Shown: positions 1 through 10,788, numbered from the stretch's first letter. The stretch: 64,000 nucleotides of DNA from a virus (IMGVR_UViG_3300037504_000149), one strand, 5' to 3'. The notes: generated by a model not told the origin, from the sequence alone. A program made the numbers and translations.

Positions 1-78
1 AATAGTATAGTCGGTTGACTGGTAAGATGTCATAGGTAAACCAGTACGTAAACTGCGTAATTTTACTGTTTTAGGCAT
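1..78 (-). CDS. Partial ORF running off the window start (MPKTVKITQFTYWFTYDILPVNRLYY...), probably the next baseplate gene
   Basis: ATG at 78 overlaps the upstream stop (TAATG coupling); the frame is open to the window edge. Confidence 0.5.
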   Translation of the reverse strand, partial: MPKTVKLRSLRTGLPMTSYQSTDYTI

Positions 79-581
79 TAATCTTCCTCGTCCTCATCAA
101 ACTCGCCTATACCGGTATCATAAGCGTATTTTATACCTTGGTATATATTTTCTGAAAAAGCTTCAACTATCGTATTTATATACTCCAAAACAAAAGTTTC
201 TCCAGACCCTTCATTGTATTCATTGAACAGATCGGTCAACCCATCCTTAATTATAGCATAAATGTCCTCTTTAATCTGATCTATTGTACCTGTGTCCTCG
301 CTGTTCCAAGACAAATAACCTTCATCAACACCAGCATCTATTTTAGAAAATAAATCTATAATAAACGTAGACGGTTGCAAAGAAGCAGGTTTTATATTAG
401 GGTATGATATACGTAACTTATCCATGTAATCAGTCGTATTCATAGAAGTATGATAAACGGCTGATGTATACATCAATATTTCTATTATACGTAAAGCTGG
501 AGTGTACTCTTTAATTTTTGGTATTTTCATCCACTCATCTTTCATATGAGTTGGCTGTTCTATATCTATTTCAACGTACAT
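78..581 (-). CDS. Hypothetical acidic protein in the baseplate module
   Basis: 167-aa ORF translationally coupled to both neighbours. Confidence 0.6.
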   Translation of the reverse strand: MYVEIDIEQPTHMKDEWMKIPKIKEYTPALRIIEILMYTSAVYHTSMNTTDYMDKLRISYPNIKPASLQPSTFIIDLFSKIDAGVDEGYLSWNSEDTGTIDQIKEDIYAIIKDGLTDLFNEYNEGSGETFVLEYINTIVEAFSENIYQGIKYAYDTGIGEFDEDEED

Positions 582-1699
582 TACTTCTCCGCCTTAACAG
601 TTGAAGAGCCTTCAATTATTTGACCATGAATTTTAACACCTAGTACTGGACACACAACTGTTGTTTCTGTTTTATGTCCCTTACAAGCTACAGGAACATC
701 ACCGTTTAATTTAATCTCTTCCCCATTTACACTACATACTCCAGAAACATTTTTACTAGCCTCCCCGCCTATGTCTTCTTGCTCATTACCTTGTATATTA
801 GTTTGCTTATTTCCTACAACAGATTCGTTACTATTACCTCTAATATCTTCCGTTTTATCTGAATGTACAATAGTGTTTAACGATCCAAAAATAGTTTGTG
901 AAACATCTCTATATACTTTAAGTACTATTGATTTTACTGTAAGTTTAATAGTATCCATTATACGTGATATCAAGTTTTTACCATTTAATGTTATATCTTC
1001 AGTGATTGAATACTTAATATTTTCAGTATTTAGAGTGTAGTCGTCCAAAACACTTTCAACAACTTTACCATCTGAGGTGATGCTTTTATGGTAATTATTA
1101 CCTATATCAAGTGCATACCCTATGTTACCTTCAGGCGCTTTTGATAAAGCAGACATCTTTGGGTTACCTAAACTAAGTATAGAATTACCTCCCATATTCT
1201 TTATAGTTATTGAGCCGTCATTAGACATATATACCACACACGCAGTATGCGCTCCTGTAGCATCCGAAGAGCTGAAAAGAACTTCACCTGCATTAACTTG
1301 AGGTACTCCTTTGGACGCAAGCTTATCTATAGGTTTGTCCCCGCTAATTGCTGTAGACATGAAAGTAATTACTTGGTATACTGTATCACTACCGATTGTA
1401 ACTGGCTTAACTAGACATTGTTGACCTCTAACCGGTGGGCGAATATTTATGACACCAGTACCTAACATTACATTACTAACAAATGCTTCTTTTTCTTCGT
1501 TATTAGCTTCAGTAACTAACCTGACAATAGCTTTACCATTCCAATATTGCTTACCTGCTATATCTATAAATATTGGTTTTACTATAGATCCTATTATATA
1601 ATTATTAGTGTTAGCTGTAGCTACTGTTGATAAATTTTTATTTATCTTCATTGCGGCTGCACCTACGGGTGCCCCACTATCTTTCATACGTCTAGGCAT
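581..1699 (-). CDS. Baseplate central spike (gpV/gp5-like) with beta-helix and PAAR-like tip
   Basis: N-terminal OB-like region (RPPVRGQQCLV); 8-residue beta-helix repeats (EDIRGNSN-ESVVGNKQ-TNIQGNEQ-EDIGGEAS); C-terminal VACKGH...CP...HGQIIEGSSTV; follows the hub gene. Confidence 0.75.
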   Translation of the reverse strand: MPRRMKDSGAPVGAAAMKINKNLSTVATANTNNYIIGSIVKPIFIDIAGKQYWNGKAIVRLVTEANNEEKEAFVSNVMLGTGVINIRPPVRGQQCLVKPVTIGSDTVYQVITFMSTAISGDKPIDKLASKGVPQVNAGEVLFSSSDATGAHTACVVYMSNDGSITIKNMGGNSILSLGNPKMSALSKAPEGNIGYALDIGNNYHKSITSDGKVVESVLDDYTLNTENIKYSITEDITLNGKNLISRIMDTIKLTVKSIVLKVYRDVSQTIFGSLNTIVHSDKTEDIRGNSNESVVGNKQTNIQGNEQEDIGGEASKNVSGVCSVNGEEIKLNGDVPVACKGHKTETTVVCPVLGVKIHGQIIEGSSTVKAEK

Positions 1700-1711
1700 A
1701 TAATCTCCTAT

Positions 1712-4700
1712 CTACAAAGCTCTAACAAACTGTCTGTAGTCAAACAAACTTAGTTTAACGGGTGAACCACACGGATCACTTTTACCTTTATTAAGTGTTT
1801 GATGTCCTACTATACCACTAAATGCTTTTATTTTATCATACGTTTCTTGGTAATAACCATCAGCTTTTCCAGACGGTAAATCCCATCCAAAACCATCCAC
1901 TCCTTTAAGAGGGTACTTTTTAGGAATATTATACACATCACACACATTACGTACTAAACCTTGAAGTATAAGTATTTGACTATCAGTAAATCCACTAGCT
2001 TCTGTACCTATAAGGCAAAAACCTATAGTTTCCGTATTACCATCATAGTACCCGTATTTTTCTTGGCTTGTACTACCAGCATGGAACGCTGTATTCTCGT
2101 AATCTACCATAGTATGTTTACTACCATCACGATCTATAAGTACATGATAAGATAACCCTTCGTTTAGTAAATGATCTAAAGCACCGTCTAAACTAGTACC
2201 AGCACTATAATGTATAACTACCTTATTAATATTTGATGCGCTACGAGATGATTGCTGGTAACGTACATCACCTGTAACCTGTATATTTTCTGTACTTGGG
2301 ATTTCTCTAGTATACTTACTCAATGTTAAGTGTCCTAGCATAAAACTTAATCTTGGATAATCTTCCAAATATGGTGAAATAGCACCAACTCCATTAACAT
2401 CATCATCTTCTGTATACTCTTTATATTCTATTACCTGTTGTAGAATATCTTGTGGGAGGTATATTTTATCCTCATCTTCAATCCATATATCCTCACCAGA
2501 TTCATCTTTACCTTTCCTACTTAAAGTAAATACCATGTAAGTTGGTTCAGTACCATCATCATTTTCGGTCATACCCTCTATATTTATCTTAATTGAGTGA
2601 CCACTCCAATGTCCATAATCTTTCTGCAGATCCATATATCCATTTATGTCTTCTATACCATAACCAGCTATTGCCATAAATGTATTTTCTTCTGTAGCCC
2701 ATTCAGGCCGATCTTCGGCTAATACATATGCTGATCCGCTAAAGTCTATATGATGGCCTATTGGTGAATGTGTTAATAGTATAGGAATTTTAAATTTATC
2801 AGAATCTATAGTTATTTTAATTTCTGAATCATCCTCATTACCATCTTCGTCTACTTCACCATAATTTCTAACAACCCATAAGCGTATAGCTTCTAATAAT
2901 CCATCTAATCTATCTTTAGCTGAGCTAGTTAACTGAGGCGTTACTTTATCAGTTCCTTCTCTTGCATAAGGATGTTTGTTATCAGCCATATTAGGTATCG
3001 CTGAAATATCATAATTATCATTACCAGTTAAATCAATTAAACCAGATTCTATATTATCTAATCGTTCATCACTAAAAACAGATATGGTATCTGTTACAAA
3101 TTCAGGATTACCAGTACTTGATAAATCCTCTGGGTAATCTAAATGATTTATTAACCATTCTAACTTCTCTTCTGCAGTATCCAAACCACTTATAGATACC
3201 ATATCTATAGCAGCTTCGTCATACGCATCAAAAGTATCTCTCCAAGCCTTGTTGCGTGCCTGATACTCTATATAAGGATTCCCTATAATTTTACCTATGT
3301 CTACCAAGCTCATCAAAGTGATGTTTCCTTTAGCTCCACCTGAAGCCTCATAACTATCTTGTAATTTAATAATGAACCCTTTTTGACATAAAGGCGACAT
3401 GAATATATTTCTACCTGGCTGCATTGTTAATGTTTGCCAATTTAAGTTTACATTACCACTATACGCTTTAGAGTTCTCTACGCGTAACATGGATGAACTA
3501 AAAATTTCCATTAGTTCTTGGTTTGTTTGACCATTCATACCTATATTAGGAGTGGATAGTATAGATGGTATATTATCTAATATTCTAACTCCATATTTTA
3601 ATTGCGTGGCTATACTGGTTCCCCCAAACCCTGCACGATATAGTAAATCAAGTACCCCTGAAAACTGTAGGAAATCTATCTCAGAACGTGTTTTAGCAAA
3701 AGTATACACAGCGTTAGGGTCTAAATTTGTTTGGAAATTGATGAAGTGATCTTTGCCTATAATATAACGATTATCATGATCCTTAAGTAAGAATTTAGGC
3801 AAGTCATTATAACTATACATACTTCTCTTCTTTATACCTTCAGCAAAAGTATCTTTAGAATATGCGTCTTTAGCTTCTTTACCTAATCCAGTTACTACAG
3901 TTCCATCAGTTTGTAAAAATCCTTTATTAGAATCTTCATCTTCTATTTCTTCACCAGATTCTTCGTAACCTTCTACGTCTTCACTTGAGTTACCTTCCCC
4001 GTCGTTTTGGGTATCTTCCTCAGTATCTTCTTCATTTTCTTTAGATTCATCTTCTTGTAATTCAGCGAGATTATCGAATGGGCAATATCCTGGGAAAGTT
4101 ATATCTACTTCTACTGGAGAGTAATTACTACCATCTTTACCTTTAGTTGCTTTAATAGAATGTGGATTATAAATATAAGGTAAATCATCATAACGATTTT
4201 GAATAACAATAAGATTACCGAAAGGATCATCATAGAATGAGCATCCTATCTTAGTACAAGCTTCTTTTAATATAGATAAGAAAGTTTTACGATCTCCCAT
4301 ATCATCTAATGAGAAGCTCTTCCTAATCAACATAGCAAACAGAGGATCCTTCCAAATAATATGGTCTAGCATTATTTTAGGTGACCATCTTTCCCTAATA
4401 GGTAAACTTAAATAATAATAAATATTATCAATTTCATTATCCGTTTCATCGGTTTCTTTTTGAACGTCTTCACCGCTGTCGCGTTCTCCACCATAATCTT
4501 CTTCAGTAGGTTCACCTTCTACGTCTTCTTCCGGTTCAGTTTCAGAATTATCATCTATACTACTTTCCTGTATGCCAAACCACCACGCTTTAGCCGCTAG
4601 TTCAACATCTTTAACATTTTTTAAGAATTCAACTTCCCAATGTAACGCTGGATAATCCAAATCCCGTCCATTATAATCAAATATCCACGGACTACTATGA

Positions 4701-6304
4701 ACAGCATAAGCTTTGTTAGCTTTATTAGTTTCTTTCTCTACATAATCTGATGGTATATAAGGACTATATCTAGGATAAATACCTTCTTTATCATCATAAT
4801 TATCAGTGTCTATATCTAGTCTGTACATCAATGTATTAGATCCAAAACTATTACCTAATTTATTATCAGATCTATGAGGTATGTAGAAATAATCATAATA
4901 AAAGTATTTATCTCTAGGTATATTTAGTTGATCTGCTACACTCTTCCAATAATCACTTATTAATCCTTGGGTATTATCTGCAATTTCTTCGTCAGCTACT
5001 TCTCTAGCATCAGTGGTAGTCTCTAAACTCTTCTCTTTATCAGATTTCCTTAGATATTCATTATGTGCGTAATTATATATTCCTAATGCACCTAGATACG
5101 TCCTACTGCAGTTAGTTAATTGTATACCAGAATGTAGAATACCAGCTAATGATTTATTAGAAAACATATTTTGTAACGCAGCACCGCTTTGGGCACCAGA
5201 CATTCTAATACTAGCATCCTGTATAATATCAAGTACTTCATGGTTTCCATCAAGATCTTGGCTATTCCTTCCAACCCAATTGACTACAGTATAATGAGTT
5301 TTTATTTGTGATTCTTCAAATTTACTAGATGTACCTTGACAGCTAAGTTCTACATCCCAATTAGCAGTTTGAGCATTATAAGTTGTACTAATGTTAGATA
5401 TATATCCTCCAAAGTAAGGTATCCATCTAGCCATATGCTTACTGGTTTCAGGTGGTTTCTTAACAAATATCCATGTACGATAAATATCACTAATAAATGG
5501 ATTAAATTTAGTCCGTTTATACAAGTCTAGGAATGCTGAGGTTAAATTATCTCCTTTTTTAGTGTTTAATTTAGCATAACGCGCTAGATAAGCTAATTCT
5601 GGTATTAAATCTGCTACGAGGTTACTTTGTGTACCATCTCTCGTAGGTGTATTGTATACTGCATCAATAAATTGACTAGCTACCGAATCATCGAACGAAT
5701 CAAAATAACCACCGTAAAGTGTGCGAATATATTCTAAATCTGGGGGTGGTTTAGACGTATCTGTCACATCAATATTCCTGATATCATATACAACATCACT
5801 ATTTTCTGGGTTAATTACAGATTCTAAATTTTCATAGTCCACTGTTGTTCTAGCAGTGCTAGACACACTTTTCATTAATTTATCATCTATTGTCCTCAAT
5901 CTACTAATTAGATTTACTAAGTTAATGGATATTGTAGCAGTAGATGGTCTGTTTAGTGTTATAGTACGCGCAACTTTTGTCACATTAGGTACATATACAG
6001 GAAACCCTACCTCATACAATGATGGTGCTGCATCTTCACCGTCATTAGTAGGTAAGGTTTCACCATTATCACTTGTTGGTGTTATTCCAGAAAATAGTGT
6101 AGTTAAGTCAGTTGAACCAGTTTCGTCTTGCTCTTCTTCACTAGGAAATCCTTTACCACTTTTTTTATTAGTTCCAAATTTCCGTTTACTTGAAATTGGA
6201 TCAGCGTCGCAATCAGTCAGTAAATTAGCTGCTTGATCTGGTTTAACTACTTCTATGAAGACGGCTATTCCATCTTCCGTAACTAATGTTGTTTTATACG
6301 CCAT
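1712..6304 (-). CDS. Baseplate hub / tail lysin with C-terminal N-acetylmuramoyl-L-alanine amidase (Amidase_2)
   Basis: C-terminal VVIHYSAG...SYHVLIDRDG...AFHAG...TIGFCLIG...IVGH...KSDP zinc-amidase motifs; position after tape measure and tube initiator. Confidence 0.75.
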   Translation of the reverse strand: MAYKTTLVTEDGIAVFIEVVKPDQAANLLTDCDADPISSKRKFGTNKKSGKGFPSEEEQDETGSTDLTTLFSGITPTSDNGETLPTNDGEDAAPSLYEVGFPVYVPNVTKVARTITLNRPSTATISINLVNLISRLRTIDDKLMKSVSSTARTTVDYENLESVINPENSDVVYDIRNIDVTDTSKPPPDLEYIRTLYGGYFDSFDDSVASQFIDAVYNTPTRDGTQSNLVADLIPELAYLARYAKLNTKKGDNLTSAFLDLYKRTKFNPFISDIYRTWIFVKKPPETSKHMARWIPYFGGYISNISTTYNAQTANWDVELSCQGTSSKFEESQIKTHYTVVNWVGRNSQDLDGNHEVLDIIQDASIRMSGAQSGAALQNMFSNKSLAGILHSGIQLTNCSRTYLGALGIYNYAHNEYLRKSDKEKSLETTTDAREVADEEIADNTQGLISDYWKSVADQLNIPRDKYFYYDYFYIPHRSDNKLGNSFGSNTLMYRLDIDTDNYDDKEGIYPRYSPYIPSDYVEKETNKANKAYAVHSSPWIFDYNGRDLDYPALHWEVEFLKNVKDVELAAKAWWFGIQESSIDDNSETEPEEDVEGEPTEEDYGGERDSGEDVQKETDETDNEIDNIYYYLSLPIRERWSPKIMLDHIIWKDPLFAMLIRKSFSLDDMGDRKTFLSILKEACTKIGCSFYDDPFGNLIVIQNRYDDLPYIYNPHSIKATKGKDGSNYSPVEVDITFPGYCPFDNLAELQEDESKENEEDTEEDTQNDGEGNSSEDVEGYEESGEEIEDEDSNKGFLQTDGTVVTGLGKEAKDAYSKDTFAEGIKKRSMYSYNDLPKFLLKDHDNRYIIGKDHFINFQTNLDPNAVYTFAKTRSEIDFLQFSGVLDLLYRAGFGGTSIATQLKYGVRILDNIPSILSTPNIGMNGQTNQELMEIFSSSMLRVENSKAYSGNVNLNWQTLTMQPGRNIFMSPLCQKGFIIKLQDSYEASGGAKGNITLMSLVDIGKIIGNPYIEYQARNKAWRDTFDAYDEAAIDMVSISGLDTAEEKLEWLINHLDYPEDLSSTGNPEFVTDTISVFSDERLDNIESGLIDLTGNDNYDISAIPNMADNKHPYAREGTDKVTPQLTSSAKDRLDGLLEAIRLWVVRNYGEVDEDGNEDDSEIKITIDSDKFKIPILLTHSPIGHHIDFSGSAYVLAEDRPEWATEENTFMAIAGYGIEDINGYMDLQKDYGHWSGHSIKINIEGMTENDDGTEPTYMVFTLSRKGKDESGEDIWIEDEDKIYLPQDILQQVIEYKEYTEDDDVNGVGAISPYLEDYPRLSFMLGHLTLSKYTREIPSTENIQVTGDVRYQQSSRSASNINKVVIHYSAGTSLDGALDHLLNEGLSYHVLIDRDGSKHTMVDYENTAFHAGSTSQEKYGYYDGNTETIGFCLIGTEASGFTDSQILILQGLVRNVCDVYNIPKKYPLKGVDGFGWDLPSGKADGYYQETYDKIKAFSGIVGHQTLNKGKSDPCGSPVKLSLFDYRQFVRAL

Positions 6305-6306
6305 AA

Positions 6307-7005
6307 TTAAATTGTTAGAGATTCGACAAGTGCAATTGAATCAAATATACTTGTCAATAGGGGTGGGTAAATAGATTCAATTCTCCACCACGTATCGGGA
6401 TAAGCCATAAATTTATAAGAGTAATCAATTCTATATGGTTCTTCTGCATTACGTGAATATTCTAGAGAGGTTAGATGTCCTTGGATTATTTGCATATCAT
6501 AAATCATTGTCAACACTGTATGATCTTGGTGTGATTTATCATAGAAATCATGGAATCTCATTAATAGATAATATCTAGGATTTAACATAATATTATCTAA
6601 ACGTGCTAAAGATGCTATATTATCTGAACCTTTTAAATTAGTTATATAACTTGGTAAAGCAAGATAACCAGTATTACCCTTAAAAGAGTATTCAATCATC
6701 TCATTTCCACCCATAGCTACTTCCCAACCAGCCGCAGTTTTGTCTTTTTTAGTTAACTTTTTACGGTTAACTGACATAGTATTTGGGTTTATAGGCATGC
6801 GATAAAACATTTCTAATAATGACTGATCGGCGGCACCAGATGCCATTGCACCTACATTCTCTGACAAAGAATCTAGTGCTACATCTTCTAGCATATCGTT
6901 ACGGAAGAATGTAACTCTATCTACCATACCTAATGCTTTCTCTATTGTTACAAGCGTACTGCCTAAACTACCACTTGTAACTTCTGCTATATCTGCTCTA
7001 TTCAT
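6307..7005 (-). CDS. Baseplate-proximal tail tube initiator-like protein
   Basis: INPNTMSV...KTAAGW...FKGNTG...GHLTSLEYSRNAEEP..IDYSYKF pattern; directly after the tape measure gene. Confidence 0.55.
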   Translation of the reverse strand: MNRADIAEVTSGSLGSTLVTIEKALGMVDRVTFFRNDMLEDVALDSLSENVGAMASGAADQSLLEMFYRMPINPNTMSVNRKKLTKKDKTAAGWEVAMGGNEMIEYSFKGNTGYLALPSYITNLKGSDNIASLARLDNIMLNPRYYLLMRFHDFYDKSHQDHTVLTMIYDMQIIQGHLTSLEYSRNAEEPYRIDYSYKFMAYPDTWWRIESIYPPLLTSIFDSIALVESLTI

Positions 7006-9651
7006 TTAATACTTATCCTTCGTGCTATCAGCAGTCGCACTCGTATCTGGATCTTCATACTGTGCGTCTAATGCTTGCTGCATATCTTTAAATATCCGAG
7101 ATTGGTTCCTTAATTCATCTAGTAAATCTTCTTGACCTCCCTGTAAATAAGCCTCTATAATACCTCCACCAGCAAATTCTGTCATTCTTTCTGCTTCTTT
7201 GGCTCCTCTTTCTGTAGCATAGTCTCCCCAATCACCATAATAAGTACTTTCTCCGCCTAGCCCCATAATAGCTCTCTCTCCTAAACTCATAGAAAAATCA
7301 TCACCTAATCTATGTGCTCTATTAGAGATTCCCATCAATGTTTCCTGTACTAGTGATTGCCTAACTACAGAGCTTCTCATAGCTACTTGCTCTCTGATGT
7401 CCTTATCTTTTACTGTGCCCATTATTAAAGCATCTAATCCTTGTGCAGTAGATAATGTATTAATACGCATTAATTCATTCAATTGTTGTTCAGCAGTTTT
7501 AGAATCTTGATGCATCTGTATTGTTTCAGCATATAAATCTTCTACTGTTCCTTTAATTTCATCTTGTACTTGTAGCATACCTTGAGTAGCATCAGCAGTA
7601 ATTTCATCAAAATCACGCAATTCCATAGATAAATCAAACAAGTCTTCTTGTTCTTGTATTAAATCAGAAACCTCTACTCCAAGCTGGGGAGCCATTCGTT
7701 GAGCTGTATCTAAAAATGTAGCTTTACCTTGCTCAGTTTGCATAGCTTCATCAGCAGACATACCTAAAATTTGCCCTGTTTGTTGCCATAAAACTTGATT
7801 AGCCATAGCAATACCTGCCGCCCGACCAGTGCCTCCCTCCTGCTGCATTCTGTAACGCATTAAAGCTTGGCGTTGGTATGGATCATTAGTTCCGCCTAAT
7901 TCTCCCATTAAGTTTGTTACAGCAGAAGCAGTTTCAGTTCCCATTCCTTCAGTAAACGAATCACCCTGCAATAGTGCTTGCTCTGCTATAAACGCACGTG
8001 CGCCGCCACTACCCATACCTGAAATACCCATTCCTGAAATAAAGCTGTTCAATGTACCCATAGACATACGTCCTATATCTAGCTCACGTGAAAATCTACG
8101 CGATACAGCAACAACTTCTTCTTGTGTGGTTCCAAACTTAGCTAATGTTCCTGCTACATCTTGTGTACGTTGTCCAAATTCTTCAACAGCAACTCCCGTT
8201 GTTCGAGCTATATTAGCTAAATCAAGTAAAAATTCGCTTTGATTACCTACACCTGCTATACCTGCTTTTTGGTATGCTTGCATAGCTGACATAGCACCTG
8301 ACTGACTATATCCAGCTCTCTCTAAACCTTGTAATTCTTCAGCTAATCCCATTTCTTGGGATTGTCCCCATCTAGCAGCAGTAGCATAACGGGCTGTTAT
8401 TTCATCTCTAATGCCTTCACCGCCACCTGATGCCGCCCGAGTAACATCACTTGCTCCCATTCTAGCAGCATCAGCCAGACTTTCTAATTCACTTACCTCA
8501 AGCGTATCTATATCTACACCTGTAGATTGCTGAAAATATCTATTAAAAAATTCTTGCTGTTGACTAAATCTAGCCTGTTGTTCGGCAGAGTATAAACTAG
8601 GTGCTGCAGCAGCAGATCCTTTGCCTGTTAGTGCAATTTCTTCGTCTATAGTTTCACTTAAATCCTCTACCATACGTTCAGCCATATTATAAGCTTTTTG
8701 CTCAAACCAAGACACTCCTCCGTAATCCTCCAAAGATTGCTGATGTCCTCTAAGTCTCTGTCTCTGACCCACTTCATAAGCAGCATTTTGGTTGTATACT
8801 TCATCAGCCATACGAGGACCAAACAAATCAGTCATATTAGTTCCTATTTCCCCCGCAATACCTTGACCAAATTGTGATCCATAAGCTTGAGATTCTCCAC
8901 TAATAATACCCATACTCATTGCTTGGCGTATAGTATTCTGCAAGTCTCCTGGAGACATACCTGTACCAATCTCCATCGCTAAACCAGCGCCTGTCATACG
9001 ACCCATAGAACTTTGAGCATCTGCATACGCATTACCCAACATAACAGCAGTTTTAGCAGATTCTTCCTGCATCTGTTTTAAGTACCTATAATTCTCACCA
9101 ATCTGTTTAACAAATTCTTCTATAACACTTCCTATAGCCTTCATCACACCAGCAACACCCGCAGCAGGATTACCAGAAAGAAATCCTTTAACAGCATTAC
9201 CCATAGTACCTATACTTGATGCAAATGTGGATCCCCACTTACCACCAAATTCACTAGCGGCAGTTCTAGCTATACCACCTAAAGGTTGTATTAACGTACT
9301 GGACAATGTATTTATAAACTCTTCTGAATTTTGTTTTATTTTATCGGTAGCTCTTTTATAGGCGGCTTCGATAGCATCCATAACATCTTCGTCGCCTATT
9401 TTCTTATCGGAAGGATCTTTTGCTCTTGCTGATAATCTTTCTAGTCTCTTACGATCCCGCTCACCAACCATCTCTTTCCACTTACTGAAAGCAGGTACGT
9501 CAGAATCCCCAACTAATCTTTGAAGATGGCTATAAGCTGCATTAGCTGCACCAGTTTTGCTACTTCCTGGACGTGAGCCACCTTCGGGTCTTCCTGGATT
9601 AGCATTTGAAAACCCGCCTGATGCTTGGCCGCCCTGTGATTGATTAGGCAT
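7006..9651 (-). CDS. Tape measure protein
   Basis: 881 aa, Ala/Gly/Gln/Met-rich and helical; follows the frameshifted chaperone pair. Confidence 0.75.
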   Translation of the reverse strand: MPNQSQGGQASGGFSNANPGRPEGGSRPGSSKTGAANAAYSHLQRLVGDSDVPAFSKWKEMVGERDRKRLERLSARAKDPSDKKIGDEDVMDAIEAAYKRATDKIKQNSEEFINTLSSTLIQPLGGIARTAASEFGGKWGSTFASSIGTMGNAVKGFLSGNPAAGVAGVMKAIGSVIEEFVKQIGENYRYLKQMQEESAKTAVMLGNAYADAQSSMGRMTGAGLAMEIGTGMSPGDLQNTIRQAMSMGIISGESQAYGSQFGQGIAGEIGTNMTDLFGPRMADEVYNQNAAYEVGQRQRLRGHQQSLEDYGGVSWFEQKAYNMAERMVEDLSETIDEEIALTGKGSAAAAPSLYSAEQQARFSQQQEFFNRYFQQSTGVDIDTLEVSELESLADAARMGASDVTRAASGGGEGIRDEITARYATAARWGQSQEMGLAEELQGLERAGYSQSGAMSAMQAYQKAGIAGVGNQSEFLLDLANIARTTGVAVEEFGQRTQDVAGTLAKFGTTQEEVVAVSRRFSRELDIGRMSMGTLNSFISGMGISGMGSGGARAFIAEQALLQGDSFTEGMGTETASAVTNLMGELGGTNDPYQRQALMRYRMQQEGGTGRAAGIAMANQVLWQQTGQILGMSADEAMQTEQGKATFLDTAQRMAPQLGVEVSDLIQEQEDLFDLSMELRDFDEITADATQGMLQVQDEIKGTVEDLYAETIQMHQDSKTAEQQLNELMRINTLSTAQGLDALIMGTVKDKDIREQVAMRSSVVRQSLVQETLMGISNRAHRLGDDFSMSLGERAIMGLGGESTYYGDWGDYATERGAKEAERMTEFAGGGIIEAYLQGGQEDLLDELRNQSRIFKDMQQALDAQYEDPDTSATADSTKDKY

Positions 9652-10259
9652 TATCTATTCCTTGGCTTATCATAACCTTGATTCACACCGTGTACAACTC
9701 CTCCACCGTGTCTATTTCTATCTCGTAACGCTTCTAAAGCTAGTTTACGTGAAGCTCTAATAACATGGTTTTTAATCTTATCTCTGTTAGAGATAGCTTT
9801 ACTTATACTATTACCATAACGCATTGCAATAGGATAGAATACCTCACTCTCAGCTTCATTAAGCTCACTCATAGGTTTACCCCAGATGTAATTAGAAATC
9901 CAATCCATAGTATCTTTAGATTCACGACTCTTTACCATTGCACTATCAAGATCTGGATTAAGTTGTTCTAACTTAAAACCAAACATATTCTCATAACGTT
10001 TTTTTATCATCTGATGTATACCATCTACCGTACCTTCGCCTCCGAAGGTTGCGGCAACAGGTGTATTTGCTGATACCTTTTCGGTCCAACTCTCAAATTT
10101 ATCCAGTGTACGATTTAAGTTAATCCATTGACGTTGTAAAATATTCAAATCTCTAAATCGCTCGGCTCCCCCAGGTAATTCACCGGTATGCTGGATTACT
10201 GCCCAGTATTCTCGGAGGAGGATTCCGACTTCTGTTCTTGAGCGCGGACCGCAAACCAA
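9651..10259 (-). CDS. Tail assembly chaperone, -1 frameshift extension (gpT-like)
   Basis: Lies in the -1 frame, opening exactly at the slippery heptamer of the upstream chaperone; no clear RBS of its own. Confidence 0.7.
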   Translation of the reverse strand: MVCGPRSRTEVGILLREYWAVIQHTGELPGGAERFRDLNILQRQWINLNRTLDKFESWTEKVSANTPVAATFGGEGTVDGIHQMIKKRYENMFGFKLEQLNPDLDSAMVKSRESKDTMDWISNYIWGKPMSELNEAESEVFYPIAMRYGNSISKAISNRDKIKNHVIRASRKLALEALRDRNRHGGGVVHGVNQGYDKPRNR

Positions 10260-10705
10260 TTTTTTAATTCATCTCTTGATATACCTGCTCCCAGCATAAT
10301 TTGTTTGATGAATGAATCTACGTCCATCACACACTTTTGATAAAACGCTGCGAAGACCCGATTAGGTATATTGATAAAGTACTTTATTTTATCGTGCTTC
10401 GAAAGTTCCTTACCATTTATACTAATTATAGCATATACTAACTCAAATAAAGATTGTACAGTACCTTTAGCTAAACTAGAATGTTGTATAGCGTCTTTGT
10501 AATCTTCATCTGCAGCAATCTTCATTAGATCCTTTGGTGTTAACGGCATTACCTTGCACACTACTTTCAATTTAGAGTTAGGTGCTATAACGGTAATTTC
10601 TCGCGTAGCACGTGAATCCATGATAAGGGTAGCTATTTCCTCATCTAGTTGTCTTAAATCAGAATCTAGATCAGTTGATAGCTCTTCCCATTTTTCGCCA
10701 GACAT
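10196..10705 (-). CDS. Tail assembly chaperone (gpG-like)
   Basis: Between tube and tape measure genes; RBS TAAGGAG; ends just after a slippery site. Confidence 0.75.
   Translation of the reverse strand: MSGEKWEELSTDLDSDLRQLDEEIATLIMDSRATREITVIAPNSKLKVVCKVMPLTPKDLMKIAADEDYKDAIQHSSLAKGTVQSLFELVYAIISINGKELSKHDKIKYFINIPNRVFAAFYQKCVMDVDSFIKQIMLGAGISRDELKNWFAVRAQEQKSESSSENTGQ
10259..10265 (-). promoter_or_regulatory. Programmed -1 ribosomal frameshift site A AAA AAT
   Basis: Minus strand GAA TTA AAA AAT TGG fits X XXY YYZ; a -1 slip gives AAA AAA TTG GTT TGC GGT, the frame of ORF 9651..10259. Confidence 0.75.
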
Positions 10706-10788
10706 ACTGACTCCTTATGTAAAGAGTTTGGGGTAGGTTAGAACTGAGGCGGGATAAAAGGAGGGTGGTGAGGAGAAGGGCGGGAGGG

